48,701 bases of DNA from NCBI GenBank assembly GCA_024398335.1, contig JAKSJJ010000001.1, positions 1-48,701 of the forward strand, in the 5' to 3' direction. The notes below the pieces were generated by a model. The model worked only from the letters and a program-made list of their open reading frames with translations. It made no database searches and was not told the origin of the DNA. Positions 37,801 to 46,915 of this stretch are shown piece by piece (positions within the stretch are counted from its first letter, which is position 1; the number at the start of each line of letters is the position of its first letter). Source of the stretch: Bacteroidales bacterium. GTDB lineage: Bacteria > Bacteroidota > Bacteroidia > Bacteroidales > UBA932. Position numbers and translations under genes: made by a program.

Positions 37801-38279
37801 CCACCCATATCTACGTCCTCAGCGATCTCGACGACGTCAGCCTCAGTGAATGAGCCGGCAGCCTCGAGGAAGAGAAGGAAGGTCTCAGCGTCGACGATCT
37901 TTCCGCCAGCCTCGACGTTAGTCTGGCTGACAAGGAGAGTATCTGTCTGAGTGAGGTCTGTGGCACTGGCGATGATGACCTTAGCCACCCTTGTATCATC
38001 AGTGTTGTTTTCCTCATCGACAGTGACAGTGATGCTTTTTGTAGCGGAAGTTCCTGACATAGGCGCGAGTTTCACCCACTCCTGGTCAACAGAAAGCGTC
38101 CAGTCTGTGGTCGCCTTGATCGCTACAACCTGGGTCTCACCCTGCTTTGAGACGTTGATTTTCTCTTTCGCGAAAGCGACGCTCTTCTGGGTGAAATCCG
38201 GCACGATCTCGTTCTTGACGCAAGAAGAAAGCGCCAAAGCTGCGAGAGCGGCCATAATTATTGCTTTGATATTTTTCAT
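34881..38279 (-). CDS. Large surface lipoprotein, two copies of BACON + GLUG-like beta-helix module
   Basis: Lipobox SSC, repeated GG(I/V)xG and C-x-N-x-G motifs, duplicated F-A-G-x-L-(E/D)-G-x-x-H-(S/T)-I module. Confidence 0.8.
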   Translation of the reverse strand: MKNIKAIIMAALAALALSSCVKNEIVPDFTQKSVAFAKEKINVSKQGETQVVAIKATTDWTLSVDQEWVKLAPMSGTSATKSITVTVDEENNTDDTRVAKVIIASATDLTQTDTLLVSQTNVEAGGKIVDAETFLLFLEAAGSFTEADVVEIAEDVDMGGAEITPAARFAGVLEGNNHSIYNFVVNSALAGSGIIVENAGTIKNLKVGTKDGSTYDKVTKFTFASGAEANAAGVVAVNSGVMENVSNYATVDFNASSPASSDTGIGGIAGMIGNPDARLVNCHNYGQVVFTGTLNYRGSIGGVLGLNPNAGAEVVGCVNHADVIQASKTQKEFAMGGVVGRANDKVIVRDCTNEGAVSYTCSEKPGSYLHIAGIIGAEYKASEITGCVNKGAISSCIDQVNRMGGIVGTANSGGTVASCRNEAGLTLAQPTNANWQSVGGIVGFEEKCAAGTEGIFKDNVNNGQIVVTIDNATTHANQTCAGGIIGITCSVTQITGNVNKGSLSMTNVGGANSYVGGICGWDKTLSTVLEDNENSADVTLSALAGAAGGIVGNSSVATSSIKNNANTGAVKGLVAGSIAGTCDAAITSCSVGGSVNGTVLTESNFNSYIQGAGKGSPVSCFFPGGSGPKDFVAANPMTVTFVAAGASSDVNVNSNCEWTAVSSAEWLTLSVASGNENATVTLTAAANEAKTERTATVTFTSKNDATIKAEVAVSQAGKVDGLAGNKITSAADLKAFLALAPDAAESDVYTLEADVDYSAETLIPASSFAGTLDGKGHTITLKAESGEYANYALIQILTGKVQNLTVAGSVKTTFAGEGAVAGIVARIQAGGSIYNCVNNAVITDAATGCGSVYNYVAGVVATFAGDGASVKKCTNNGKLVVTNDSQLILGGVVAYGITDAATPTLVMEELVCTSDIDINHTGANWDYVGGIVGKMGASKNPFATFTLKNCRFTGNLNIIKAPKTRGGGMFGSCGVSNAYDVSGNEFAGTVNITSTEAVDRLIGGVGPGFSEAGAIGTVSNCVFNGTINAVDGGNLYLGGIYGNNGSASVVIDGCKTTKNAAIKGYTTFKSVGMIAARPNAAGFTVKNCKVAGTVVTADGEMTISADNIADWMFKGTLTTVDVTLEGNGYNAE

Positions 38280-38286
38280 AATAGTA

Positions 38287-39186
38287 TTATAACTGTTTTA
38301 AGAGCCAATTAGGATAATTGGTGCAAATACATCTGAGCTTATCGTAATTATCAACGTAGTACTTAACATCGGATGCGGAAGTGACGGCGTTCCCGTCGGT
38401 GCTTCCTTCCTTATCCACATTGAAAACGCTGATCTCCATTCCGGCCTTCACGAACTCATCGATGCTGCGGGGACCGTAAGGAATCATATAAGATGCAGCC
38501 GAAAGGTTAGCCCAAGTGAATCCCTTAGCCTTATGGGTAGAAGGGCCCTCCTTGGACATCCAACCTACAGGAATGCCGTAAGCCGCCTGACACTGAGAAG
38601 CCGTATTAGCGACAGAGGAGTTGCTAGTACAGATGAACTCGCAGAATTTCTTGCCACCCTTAGCCTTTATTATTTCGCATGCGCGCATGACTTCCTTGGA
38701 CGCGTAATCCGAAGGTTCCGTGATCTTGATATCCAGGCAAAGCTTCGTGCAGTTGCCCTCAACCATGACGGTCTTGAGGAAATCCTCGAGGGTAGGTATC
38801 TGCTCTCCGTTCTTGAGAGTGCCTTTCTTGCGGATCTCAGTCACGGTAGCCTCCCAAGGATGAACTCCGTTGACCATATAGTTGCCGTCGGCATGAGCGA
38901 TGATGATATCATTGTCCTTTGTCCAATAGATATCGCACTCGGAGGCATATAGTTTCAATGACATCGCATATTTAAGCGACGCGATCGAGTTATCCGGAGC
39001 GCCTATCTCAGAGGAGCCGCCGCGGTGTGCCACGACCTTGTTGCTACAAGGTGCTGGCTCAGTGACAGTTGGCTGATCCGGGTCACCGCCGTGAGGAGTC
39101 TTGCCTGTGACGTCTATACGTTCTTGGCAAGCGGCGAAGGAAAGCATCGCCGCTGCCGATAAAAGAATAATACGAGAGAATCTCAT
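38287..39186 (-). CDS. Glycerophosphodiester phosphodiesterase (GDPD) family lipoprotein
   Basis: Lipobox AAC, VVAHRGG, APDNS, ECDI..TKD..III.H, IPTLEDFL, LDIK, ICTNYP. Confidence 0.9.
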   Translation of the reverse strand: MRFSRIILLSAAAMLSFAACQERIDVTGKTPHGGDPDQPTVTEPAPCSNKVVAHRGGSSEIGAPDNSIASLKYAMSLKLYASECDIYWTKDNDIIIAHADGNYMVNGVHPWEATVTEIRKKGTLKNGEQIPTLEDFLKTVMVEGNCTKLCLDIKITEPSDYASKEVMRACEIIKAKGGKKFCEFICTSNSSVANTASQCQAAYGIPVGWMSKEGPSTHKAKGFTWANLSAASYMIPYGPRSIDEFVKAGMEISVFNVDKEGSTDGNAVTSASDVKYYVDNYDKLRCICTNYPNWLLKQL

Positions 39187-39188
39187 AA

Positions 39189-39623
39189 TTATTTAGCCTG
39201 AGAGATTACTGTTGAGATTGAGCTTCCGTCAGCTACGGTGTAGCGGACCACAGCGGTACGCTTAGCTCCGCTGTTGTTCTCCTCGACGATAATAGAGACG
39301 CCCTTATGGGTCACTTCCCTATCGTCGCCGCCGTATGTGCCGACATATTCAGTATCAATCTCCATAGCCTGGACTGAGACCCAATCAGGAGCGTTGTCCA
39401 CTGAGACGACCCAGTTGACGTCACGGTTGACTCCACCCTGGTTCACGACAACCACTGAGGTGAACATGCCACCTTCGTGAGCGAATGAAGGGATAGAGTT
39501 GCCGGATGTTCCGTATGAAATAGTCAGAGTCTTGTAATCAGCGCCGTCCATGACATACTTATTACAAGAGAATGTCATCAGAAGAGCGGCTGCCATCACG
39601 AATATTGAAATGATCTTTTTCAT
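39189..39623 (-). CDS. Small single-BACON lipoprotein
   Basis: Lipobox FSC, W.VS....PDWVSV, N.SGAKRTAVV, terminal ISQ. Confidence 0.75.
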   Translation of the reverse strand: MKKIISIFVMAAALLMTFSCNKYVMDGADYKTLTISYGTSGNSIPSFAHEGGMFTSVVVVNQGGVNRDVNWVVSVDNAPDWVSVQAMEIDTEYVGTYGGDDREVTHKGVSIIVEENNSGAKRTAVVRYTVADGSSISTVISQAK

Positions 39624-39635
39624 AACTGTCGAATA

Positions 39636-41147
39636 TTAAGACCAACCCTGGGTCTGCTTGATGTTACCTGGATTCTTATTGATTGAGCCGTTAGCGATAG
39701 GCCAGAGGAGGATATTCTCGTTCTTCTCCTTGAGAGTACGGAATGTCACGCCTGGCTGAGTGTTGTTAGGCTCTACGTCCCAGATCGCTCCGGTACGGAT
39801 AAGGGCTGACCAGAGCACACCCTCGGCGACGAACTCAAGTCTGTATTCCTTCACGATAGCGTCAAGGACGGCCTGAGGAGTCTTGTCAGTGTACTTGTCA
39901 GCGGTCTTATAGGCACGCTTAGCGACGATGTTAAGAGCGTTGAGAGCGTTGGTGTAGTCCTTCTGATAGTACTTGAGCTCGGCGTACATCATCACGGCCT
40001 GAGCGTAGCGGTAATAGAGAAGGTCATTGTCAAGAACGACAGGAGACTTGGTCATGTCGCCGAGGAACTTATTACACCAGGTGATCTCGTGCTTGTCAGC
40101 GGCGGAAGAATAATTGCCGTGTCCGAGGTTAGTGGCGACGCGGGTGTCACCTGCGGCCTCAGAAGCTTTGAGCTCGTCAACGAAAGGCTGAGAGCTTGCC
40201 CACCACTGAGTAGAGCTGATAGGGACAGGGCCACCGTTCTTGCACTGATAAGCGTTAGCGATAAGGTTGGCAGGGTGGCAGAAGTAAACCTGGTAGCCGC
40301 CCTTGGTATCAACCGTCACGTTAAGAGCGAAGATGACCTCCTTATTGACCTTGTTGGTGCGTGAGAACACGTCAGCATAGTTGTTAAGAAGCTTGCTGTC
40401 TGAGATTCCCAGTTCTGAAAGAGCGTCCTCAGCCATAGTGAGGTACTTCTCGCCTTCCTTCTGTACCGAGTACATCCAGAGAGCATACTCAGCTTTCAGC
40501 ATGAGGTAAGCGTCCTTAGTAGCGTAATACTTGTTGTCACCAAGAGAAGATACGAACGGCTCGCAAGCCTCAAGATCCTTTCCTACCTGCTCGAAGACAG
40601 CCTTTGGATCCTGCTGCTTAGGATAGCACTCAGGCTGAGATGTGGACTCGACAGGTACGAGGATGACCGGGCAATAACCCCAGATACGTCCTGCCCAGAA
40701 ATAGCTGTAGGCACGTGCGAAATAAGCCTGTCCCTTAGCCCAAGCGACATCCTCGGCGGAAGCGTTGCACTGGTCGGCATATTTAAGGACGGCGTTAGCC
40801 TGGTCGATTGTAGAGTAAAGTCCGCTCCAGCCTATAGTCTGGGCACCGTTAAGGGTGCTGTGACGGCAGTTGATCTTGAAGTTGTCGGCCACCTTTGACT
40901 CAAGGGAAGGTCCCCACATACTGTCTCCGACACGGACCTCATTGAGATAGAACACATTACACTCATCTCCGAAGAAATATGAGCGAAGGCGGAGGTAGAT
41001 ACCCGGAACAGACTGAGTAAGATCCGAAGGATCCTGCCACATATTAGTCTGGTTCTGGGTCATAGGATATTCTATATCCAATATATTACAAGACGCGAAC
41101 ATTGACGCGCATGCGAGTACAAGGAGTGTTTTGATAGATTTTTTCAT
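39636..41147 (-). CDS. SusD/RagB family lipoprotein (locus C)
   Basis: Lipobox ASC, W..LY..IDQANAVL, GQAYFARAYSYF, RYAQ, EYRLEFVAEG..W, Q.QGW. Confidence 0.93.
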   Translation of the reverse strand: MKKSIKTLLVLACASMFASCNILDIEYPMTQNQTNMWQDPSDLTQSVPGIYLRLRSYFFGDECNVFYLNEVRVGDSMWGPSLESKVADNFKINCRHSTLNGAQTIGWSGLYSTIDQANAVLKYADQCNASAEDVAWAKGQAYFARAYSYFWAGRIWGYCPVILVPVESTSQPECYPKQQDPKAVFEQVGKDLEACEPFVSSLGDNKYYATKDAYLMLKAEYALWMYSVQKEGEKYLTMAEDALSELGISDSKLLNNYADVFSRTNKVNKEVIFALNVTVDTKGGYQVYFCHPANLIANAYQCKNGGPVPISSTQWWASSQPFVDELKASEAAGDTRVATNLGHGNYSSAADKHEITWCNKFLGDMTKSPVVLDNDLLYYRYAQAVMMYAELKYYQKDYTNALNALNIVAKRAYKTADKYTDKTPQAVLDAIVKEYRLEFVAEGVLWSALIRTGAIWDVEPNNTQPGVTFRTLKEKNENILLWPIANGSINKNPGNIKQTQGWS

Positions 41148-41159
41148 GACTTATCCTCC

Positions 41160-44100
41160 TTAGAATGTTATTTTCACGTTGAACATGATCTTGCGCGGTG
41201 AAGGCATGATGTTGGAGTTCGAAGCACCCATCTGCACTGATGTGTACATGTCGCTTCCGCCGGCATCTGACGCGATACCTGTCTCAGGAGAGATGGCGCC
41301 GCTGATCTTAGTGAAGTAAGCGAGGGTATTTCCGCTGACTCCGACGGTGAATTTCTTCATTCTCATAGCCTTCGCCCATTTTTCAGGGAGATCATAATAG
41401 AGGGATACATCACGAAGACAGAGGTAGCTCGCGTTCTCTACGTTGTAGTCTGAACAGCGTGAGAAGTTACGGTTACCATAGTCCGCGTCGTTAGGGAAGA
41501 AGCGTGCGGCCTTAGCCTTGGTGTCGCCTGGATATCTCCAAGTCTCGTTGAACAGGTCAACATCGAAGTTAGAGTTAGAATATCCGAGGGTATTCTGGAC
41601 CATACGGGTCTTCATGTAGTTGTAGATAGAGTGTCCGATAGCGTAGTCGAAGTAAACCTGAACTGTAAAGCGCTTGATATGGAACACGTTGTTAAGTCCA
41701 CCGGTAGAGTGAGGAGTCACGTTACCGAGATAGAACATATCAGTAGCGTCGATCTGCTCTTGTCCGTCAGCGGTCTTCGCTGTTCCGTAACGGTTGACCC
41801 ACTCGAAGTCACCGGCATCCTTACGGCCCGCGATGGTGAGTCCGTCGCTACGACGATAACCCTTAGCCTGAGTATCATGGAGAGCGGCAGCGGCCTCCTC
41901 ATCAGTCTGGAGGATACCTGCGACTTTATAACCCCAGATACGTCCGAGAGGCTCACCTACCGCTGTACCGCCGAAACGATATCCGTTAGCTGTAGTGTAA
42001 CCGCCGATACGATAACCAGTCTTTCCGGTAGGATTTCCGTCCATATCAAGGATTTCGTACGCGTACTCCTCAGGAAGAGAGAGGACCTTGTTGCGGTTGA
42101 ATGAGTAAGTGAAGTCAGTCTCCCAAGAGAAGTTCTTTCTCTCGATGTTGACTGTGTGGAGCTCGACCTCGAATCCGTAGAAACGAGCTGAACCGACATT
42201 GGTCTTAACCTTAGAATACTGGCCTGTATCTGGAAGGGTGATGTCAAAGAGCATGTTATCGGTCACCTTGTCATAGTAGTCAAGGATAAGGCGGAAACGA
42301 TCTTTGAGGAAGCCGAAATCAACACCGAGGTCGAACTGGCGTGTAGTCTCCCAGCTCAAATCGCTGTTAGGCATTGTTTTAGGAAGAAGGGTCTTATTAC
42401 CGCCATAGTTGCCAAGAGTCCAAGATCCAAGAGGATCCTCTCTGTTGATAGCGTTGTTACCGGTAAGACCGTAAGAGACTCTGAGCTTGAGGTTATTCAT
42501 CGTACTCTTGACAGAAGCAGGGAAGAAAGGCTCCTCGCTTATGATCCATGCGGCAGATCCTGAAGGGAAGAATCCCCAGCGATGTCCCTTAGCGAAAAGA
42601 GACGAACCGTCAGCACGGAAGGAAGCGGATACGATGTAACGGTTATCATAGTTGTAACCGACTCTGGCGAAAGCCGACATCATAGCGGTAGCGTACTCCT
42701 GGTTTGAAGCGTCGAATGTAGAAGCCACGCCACTGGTAGGGTCGCCCTTAGAACCGCTCTGGAGGAACGGGAGTTTGTCGCTCTCAGCTCCGGAAGACTT
42801 TCCTTCGATGTGATAGTAATCAGTATGCCAGTACTCAGCACCCAGGGTGGCGTTGATAGTGTGGACACCGATTTCTTTATTGACGGCGAGATAAGCCTGA
42901 GCGTTGTGACGTAATGTCTGAGAACGGCTCTCGCTCGTGGCCCTTGTAGAAGAAATGAAGTTGCCTGTCACACCACCCTGTTCGGAAACGACCTGGCCGC
43001 GGGCGTAGTAGCTGCCGCGATAAGAGTTATCCATGATACCGTAAAGAGCGTTAGCGGTAAGCCAAGGAGTGATGTTCCATTTGAGGGAGATGTTACCTGA
43101 GAACTTCTGGCGGCTGTTCTCACGGTCATAGAAAGCCTCGTAGAACTCAGCGCTCTGCTGGTTGGCGTTGGTACCACCGGTAGCGAAGCTGCCGTCAGCG
43201 TACTTTCCGATATGGGTAGGAGCCATCATCAAGCCACGTCCCAGAGCGTTGAAGTAGTTGCTGGTAAGAGGGTTGAGGAGGTTCTTTGTGAAATCGAAAG
43301 TAGTAGTGGCCTCGAGAGTCTTAGTGATCTTGAAGCTTGTGCTTCCGTGCATGGTGAAGTTCTTGTAACCGCTCATAGCGACCATACCCAGATCCTGGAG
43401 ATAGCCCACGGAAGCGGCGTAACGCATGAACTTGTTTCCGCCGGAAATACCTACATACTCCTTATGATAGAGAGCAGGCTTGTACCACTCGCTCTGCCAG
43501 TCGTGGTCAGAGAACATGATAGTCTTGCTAGGGTCGATAGGGTCCGGCATAGTGTCCCAGCCTGCAGGAATCTCCATTCCGTCGAGCAGATAGCGTGTAG
43601 AATAGATAGCGGCGTCGTTCACGTTACCTATACCGGCTCCGTTGGCGCCGTCAAGGACCATATTAGGATTCGGTCCCAAAAGAGCGGCCGGACGGATGAT
43701 GCTCAAGTACTCGCGTGCATTAGCGAGATGCCATCTACGTGCAGGAGAGTTGAATCCGACCTGTACGTCGAAGACGATCTGAGGAGCCTTGAACTGGTCG
43801 CCCTGGCGAGTAGTGACGATGATTACACCGTTAGACGCACGGCTACCGTAAATAGCGGTAGAGGCGGCGTCCTTGAGGACGGTCACTGTCTGGATATCGT
43901 TAGGGTTGAGGTCCTCGAAAGAACGCTCCACTCCGTCAACCAGGCACAAAGGCGAGTTGCTTCCGTTGATAGAAGAACCTCCACGGACCATGAACATAGG
44001 AGCCTCGCCCGGAAGGTTGTTGTTAGAGATGATGTGAAGACCTGTCACCTTACCCTTGAGGGCGTCACCCACGGTTGAGACAGGGGCATCCATGAATTTG

Positions 44101-44492
44101 TCTCCGTCCAACTGGGCGACTGAGGTTGTCAAGGTCTTGCGGGACTGTGTACCGTAACCGACAACGACAGCGTCCTCAAGGACATTGTCAGGCTCGAGCA
44201 TCACGTTGATGATAACTCTCGCGTCCACGGTCTCAGTAGATGAACTGAAGCCGATGTAGCTGAATTCGAGGACCTGGCCCTCGCTCACCTGGATAGTGTA
44301 CTTACCGTCAGCGTCGGTAACCACACCAGTGGTAGTGCCCTGGACCATTACGCCGGCTCCGATAAGAGGAATACCGTCAGCGTCGGTCACGACACCGCTC
44401 ACAGCACGCTTCTGAGCTCCCGCGTTGAACGCGAAGACCGCCAGAAGGAGTACTACCATCGTACAAAGACGATAAAAAGGTTTTTGACTCAT
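41160..44492 (-). CDS. SusC/RagA TonB-dependent transporter (locus C)
   Basis: VVVGYG, PLCLVDG, VLKDAASTAIYGSRASNGVIIVTT, DLSWET, C-terminal F. Confidence 0.95.
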   Translation of the reverse strand: MSQKPFYRLCTMVVLLLAVFAFNAGAQKRAVSGVVTDADGIPLIGAGVMVQGTTTGVVTDADGKYTIQVSEGQVLEFSYIGFSSSTETVDARVIINVMLEPDNVLEDAVVVGYGTQSRKTLTTSVAQLDGDKFMDAPVSTVGDALKGKVTGLHIISNNNLPGEAPMFMVRGGSSINGSNSPLCLVDGVERSFEDLNPNDIQTVTVLKDAASTAIYGSRASNGVIIVTTRQGDQFKAPQIVFDVQVGFNSPARRWHLANAREYLSIIRPAALLGPNPNMVLDGANGAGIGNVNDAAIYSTRYLLDGMEIPAGWDTMPDPIDPSKTIMFSDHDWQSEWYKPALYHKEYVGISGGNKFMRYAASVGYLQDLGMVAMSGYKNFTMHGSTSFKITKTLEATTTFDFTKNLLNPLTSNYFNALGRGLMMAPTHIGKYADGSFATGGTNANQQSAEFYEAFYDRENSRQKFSGNISLKWNITPWLTANALYGIMDNSYRGSYYARGQVVSEQGGVTGNFISSTRATSESRSQTLRHNAQAYLAVNKEIGVHTINATLGAEYWHTDYYHIEGKSSGAESDKLPFLQSGSKGDPTSGVASTFDASNQEYATAMMSAFARVGYNYDNRYIVSASFRADGSSLFAKGHRWGFFPSGSAAWIISEEPFFPASVKSTMNNLKLRVSYGLTGNNAINREDPLGSWTLGNYGGNKTLLPKTMPNSDLSWETTRQFDLGVDFGFLKDRFRLILDYYDKVTDNMLFDITLPDTGQYSKVKTNVGSARFYGFEVELHTVNIERKNFSWETDFTYSFNRNKVLSLPEEYAYEILDMDGNPTGKTGYRIGGYTTANGYRFGGTAVGEPLGRIWGYKVAGILQTDEEAAAALHDTQAKGYRRSDGLTIAGRKDAGDFEWVNRYGTAKTADGQEQIDATDMFYLGNVTPHSTGGLNNVFHIKRFTVQVYFDYAIGHSIYNYMKTRMVQNTLGYSNSNFDVDLFNETWRYPGDTKAKAARFFPNDADYGNRNFSRCSDYNVENASYLCLRDVSLYYDLPEKWAKAMRMKKFTVGVSGNTLAYFTKISGAISPETGIASDAGGSDMYTSVQMGASNSNIMPSPRKIMFNVKITF

Positions 44493-44532
44493 AGTGTGAA
44501 TTGTTAATAATTATTGGTTGGTTGTAAAATTG

Positions 44533-46302
44533 TTATTTCAAAGTAAAATCCACCAGTATAGGCCTGTGGTCCGAGCTGTCGTAATAATTGCTCATCGCCC
44601 AGACCATATTGGTCCATGACTCGTTTAATATCATAGCGTTCTTGACCCTGCCCATCATCGCCGGGGAGGCGTACATGAAATCATAGCGCACAGGATAGTT
44701 TCCGGCGGCGTCGTTACACCATGTGCGGGTAGCGAAATACTGCCCTGGCCATTTTTCCGCGATAATATCCTTGTAGAAGGTATTGTCCAGTATATAGTCA
44801 TGACTACTCAAGAAAGGACTGTCCTGCGGCAGGCCATATCTCCAGTTATCCTTCCTGCTGCGGGTGTTGAAATCCCCCATCATAAGCCAGTTCTCCTGCG
44901 AAGACAGGGCGGGATCCTCGATACTTCTGGAGCATATATACTCTATCTCGGCCTTTCTCTGACGATTGCCGCCTACACTCTGCGCGTCGGAGGTCTGTCC
45001 AGAGACATACTTGGCGTAGTAGCTATAGGCGTGAGGCCAGAGATGAAGGGTCACGATGTTCACTTTCACGCCGTTAACATCCACCTGCTGGACGGCGGCG
45101 CCATGAGCGACAGGACAATAATTCTCGCCGCAGGTAGCATGGTACTGGGCGGCATGACTCTTTCCGTCGTCATACTTTTGCGCGAGGGTCAGGTGCTCAG
45201 AGTCAGTCTCCGTGATTTTCGCGAGTGTAGTTATAGGGTACTTTGATGTCACCACCTGAGGGAAATAATCGTCGGCATAGAGGCGATAGCCGCCGATGGC
45301 GCTGTACTTATGGCCATACGACGCGGCGAACTCGGGCCATGCCGCAGGGAAATAACGCTCGCTGGCGGCGCACATCGATGTGCTGCGGTCCTTGTATATA
45401 GACTGAGCCTCGCACCACACGCACACGTCAGGGTCATATTTTTTAATAAAAGCCCTGAAATTGGCGAACTGCTCCGTCTGGTCGCTCCACATTCCGTTCT
45501 GTATGTTCCAGAAAAGCACGCGTAGATCACTCGCTGAGCGCTCCCACTCCCCTGTTTTCACGACGAGAATGTCATCAAGATAAAAACCGTGATTAAGATC
45601 CTTCGAAGATGAGGCGCCCGCCCAGTAAAGCATAGTGCCGTCGGTCGCGTTTGAGACCTCCATCTCCACCGGAGTCCAACCCTCGCCAAGCGCGGAGGCC
45701 TTGATTATCAGCGAATGCTCGATGCCGTCGTATGCGTTTGTCAAAGGATAATCCCTGCCGCCGACCTTCGCTGAAGTGATGACGCCCGCGAGGCAGACCT
45801 TCACGCAGATATCGTCGTCCATGCCCTTAGCCTTCTTCAAAGAGAATGAGACCTTGATGTCATTGATGCCCTTGACCTTCGAAAGCATCGGAGACTGGAT
45901 AATGCCGCGCTTACCCTCGGAATTGACTCCGCAGGCGAGGCAGCCCTTGTTCTCCACTGTACGGAAAAGATAGACCCACTCAGAGAAGCCACGGCTGGCA
46001 AGATAGCCCTCCTCGCACACATGACTGTTCCCTACGGTCTTCCACTGAGTGGACTTGAACTCGACATGGCTCAAAGGATTCTGGCAGTCATTCTTGAAAT
46101 CATCGCTCTGGATCTGGGGGCCTGAAGGATAGATACAGCTGTTGAAATCCTCGTAGAAAAGGACCTCATTTCCATCGGCGTCGTAGCCAGGAGTCTCTTT
46201 GTCCGCGGAAGGAGGCGTAGGCAGCACGAAACGAGAGCACGCCATAACGGGCGCGCAGACAAGGAGAAGAATCCAAGTTAATACTCGCAAGTACCTACTC
46301 AT
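44533..46302 (-). CDS. Exported endonuclease/exonuclease/phosphatase (EEP) family hydrolase with N-terminal beta-sandwich-like domain
   Basis: LRVLFWNI, PDVCVWCEA, TLHL, MMGDFN, RYDFMY, SDHRPI motifs. Signal peptide with possible lipobox MAC. Confidence 0.88.
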   Translation of the reverse strand: MSRYLRVLTWILLLVCAPVMACSRFVLPTPPSADKETPGYDADGNEVLFYEDFNSCIYPSGPQIQSDDFKNDCQNPLSHVEFKSTQWKTVGNSHVCEEGYLASRGFSEWVYLFRTVENKGCLACGVNSEGKRGIIQSPMLSKVKGINDIKVSFSLKKAKGMDDDICVKVCLAGVITSAKVGGRDYPLTNAYDGIEHSLIIKASALGEGWTPVEMEVSNATDGTMLYWAGASSSKDLNHGFYLDDILVVKTGEWERSASDLRVLFWNIQNGMWSDQTEQFANFRAFIKKYDPDVCVWCEAQSIYKDRSTSMCAASERYFPAAWPEFAASYGHKYSAIGGYRLYADDYFPQVVTSKYPITTLAKITETDSEHLTLAQKYDDGKSHAAQYHATCGENYCPVAHGAAVQQVDVNGVKVNIVTLHLWPHAYSYYAKYVSGQTSDAQSVGGNRQRKAEIEYICSRSIEDPALSSQENWLMMGDFNTRSRKDNWRYGLPQDSPFLSSHDYILDNTFYKDIIAEKWPGQYFATRTWCNDAAGNYPVRYDFMYASPAMMGRVKNAMILNESWTNMVWAMSNYYDSSDHRPILVDFTLK

Positions 46303-46360
46303 CAGCAGTTTAACCTAGCGCATACACATGAGCGCATATACGCACACACGTATGAACTGA

Positions 46361-46368
46361 CAAATGTA
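46361..46368 (-). promoter_or_regulatory. Putative -7 promoter element TACATTTG for locus C
   Basis: Exact match to TAnnTTTG, 58 nt upstream of ATG 46302. Confidence 0.6.
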
Positions 46369-46436
46369 ATAAACATGACTGAAAATTGATACAGTTTTCT
46401 TTAAAAATATCATTAACGCTTTCTGTTTTTTACTTG

Positions 46437-46446
46437 TATATTCGCG
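46437..46446 (+). promoter_or_regulatory. Putative -7 promoter element TATATTCGCG immediately before greA
   Basis: Recurring motif. Only 3 nt separate it from the ATG at 46450. Confidence 0.6.
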
Positions 46447-46449
46447 GTC

Positions 46450-46911
46450 ATGGAATATCTATCAAAAGAGCGACACGACGAGATAGTCGCCGAGCTTGAA
46501 AGGCTTATAAACGTAGAATTTCCCAAGGTGAAAGACTCCTTGGTCGAGGCTCGTGCCCAGGGGGACCTGAGCGAAAACTTCGAGTATAGGGCCGCTAGAC
46601 GAGATCAGGCGAAGATGATAAGCAGGATAAATTTTCTTCAAAAAGTCCTGAAATACTCCAGAATCATTGACACATCCTCGCTTCCTACGGGGCAGGTGAC
46701 CCTTCTTAGCAAGGTCGAGTTCACAAGGCTTGAGAACAACGCGAAAATGTGTTTCACGATTGTAAGCCCCCATGAGATGAACCTTCAGGAGGGCAAGATT
46801 TCCCTGAAATCCCCTATCGGGAGCGCTCTTATGGGCAGGAAGGAGGGCGAAATCGTGGAAGTCAACGCCCCCGGAGCGAATTTCAAAGTCAGGATTGACA
46901 AAATATCATAA
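46450..46911 (+). CDS. greA: Transcription elongation factor GreA
   Basis: EARAQGDLSENFEY, C-terminal IS..SPIG.ALMG...G motif. Confidence 0.95.
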   Translation: MEYLSKERHDEIVAELERLINVEFPKVKDSLVEARAQGDLSENFEYRAARRDQAKMISRINFLQKVLKYSRIIDTSSLPTGQVTLLSKVEFTRLENNAKMCFTIVSPHEMNLQEGKISLKSPIGSALMGRKEGEIVEVNAPGANFKVRIDKIS

Positions 46912-46915
46912 GAAA

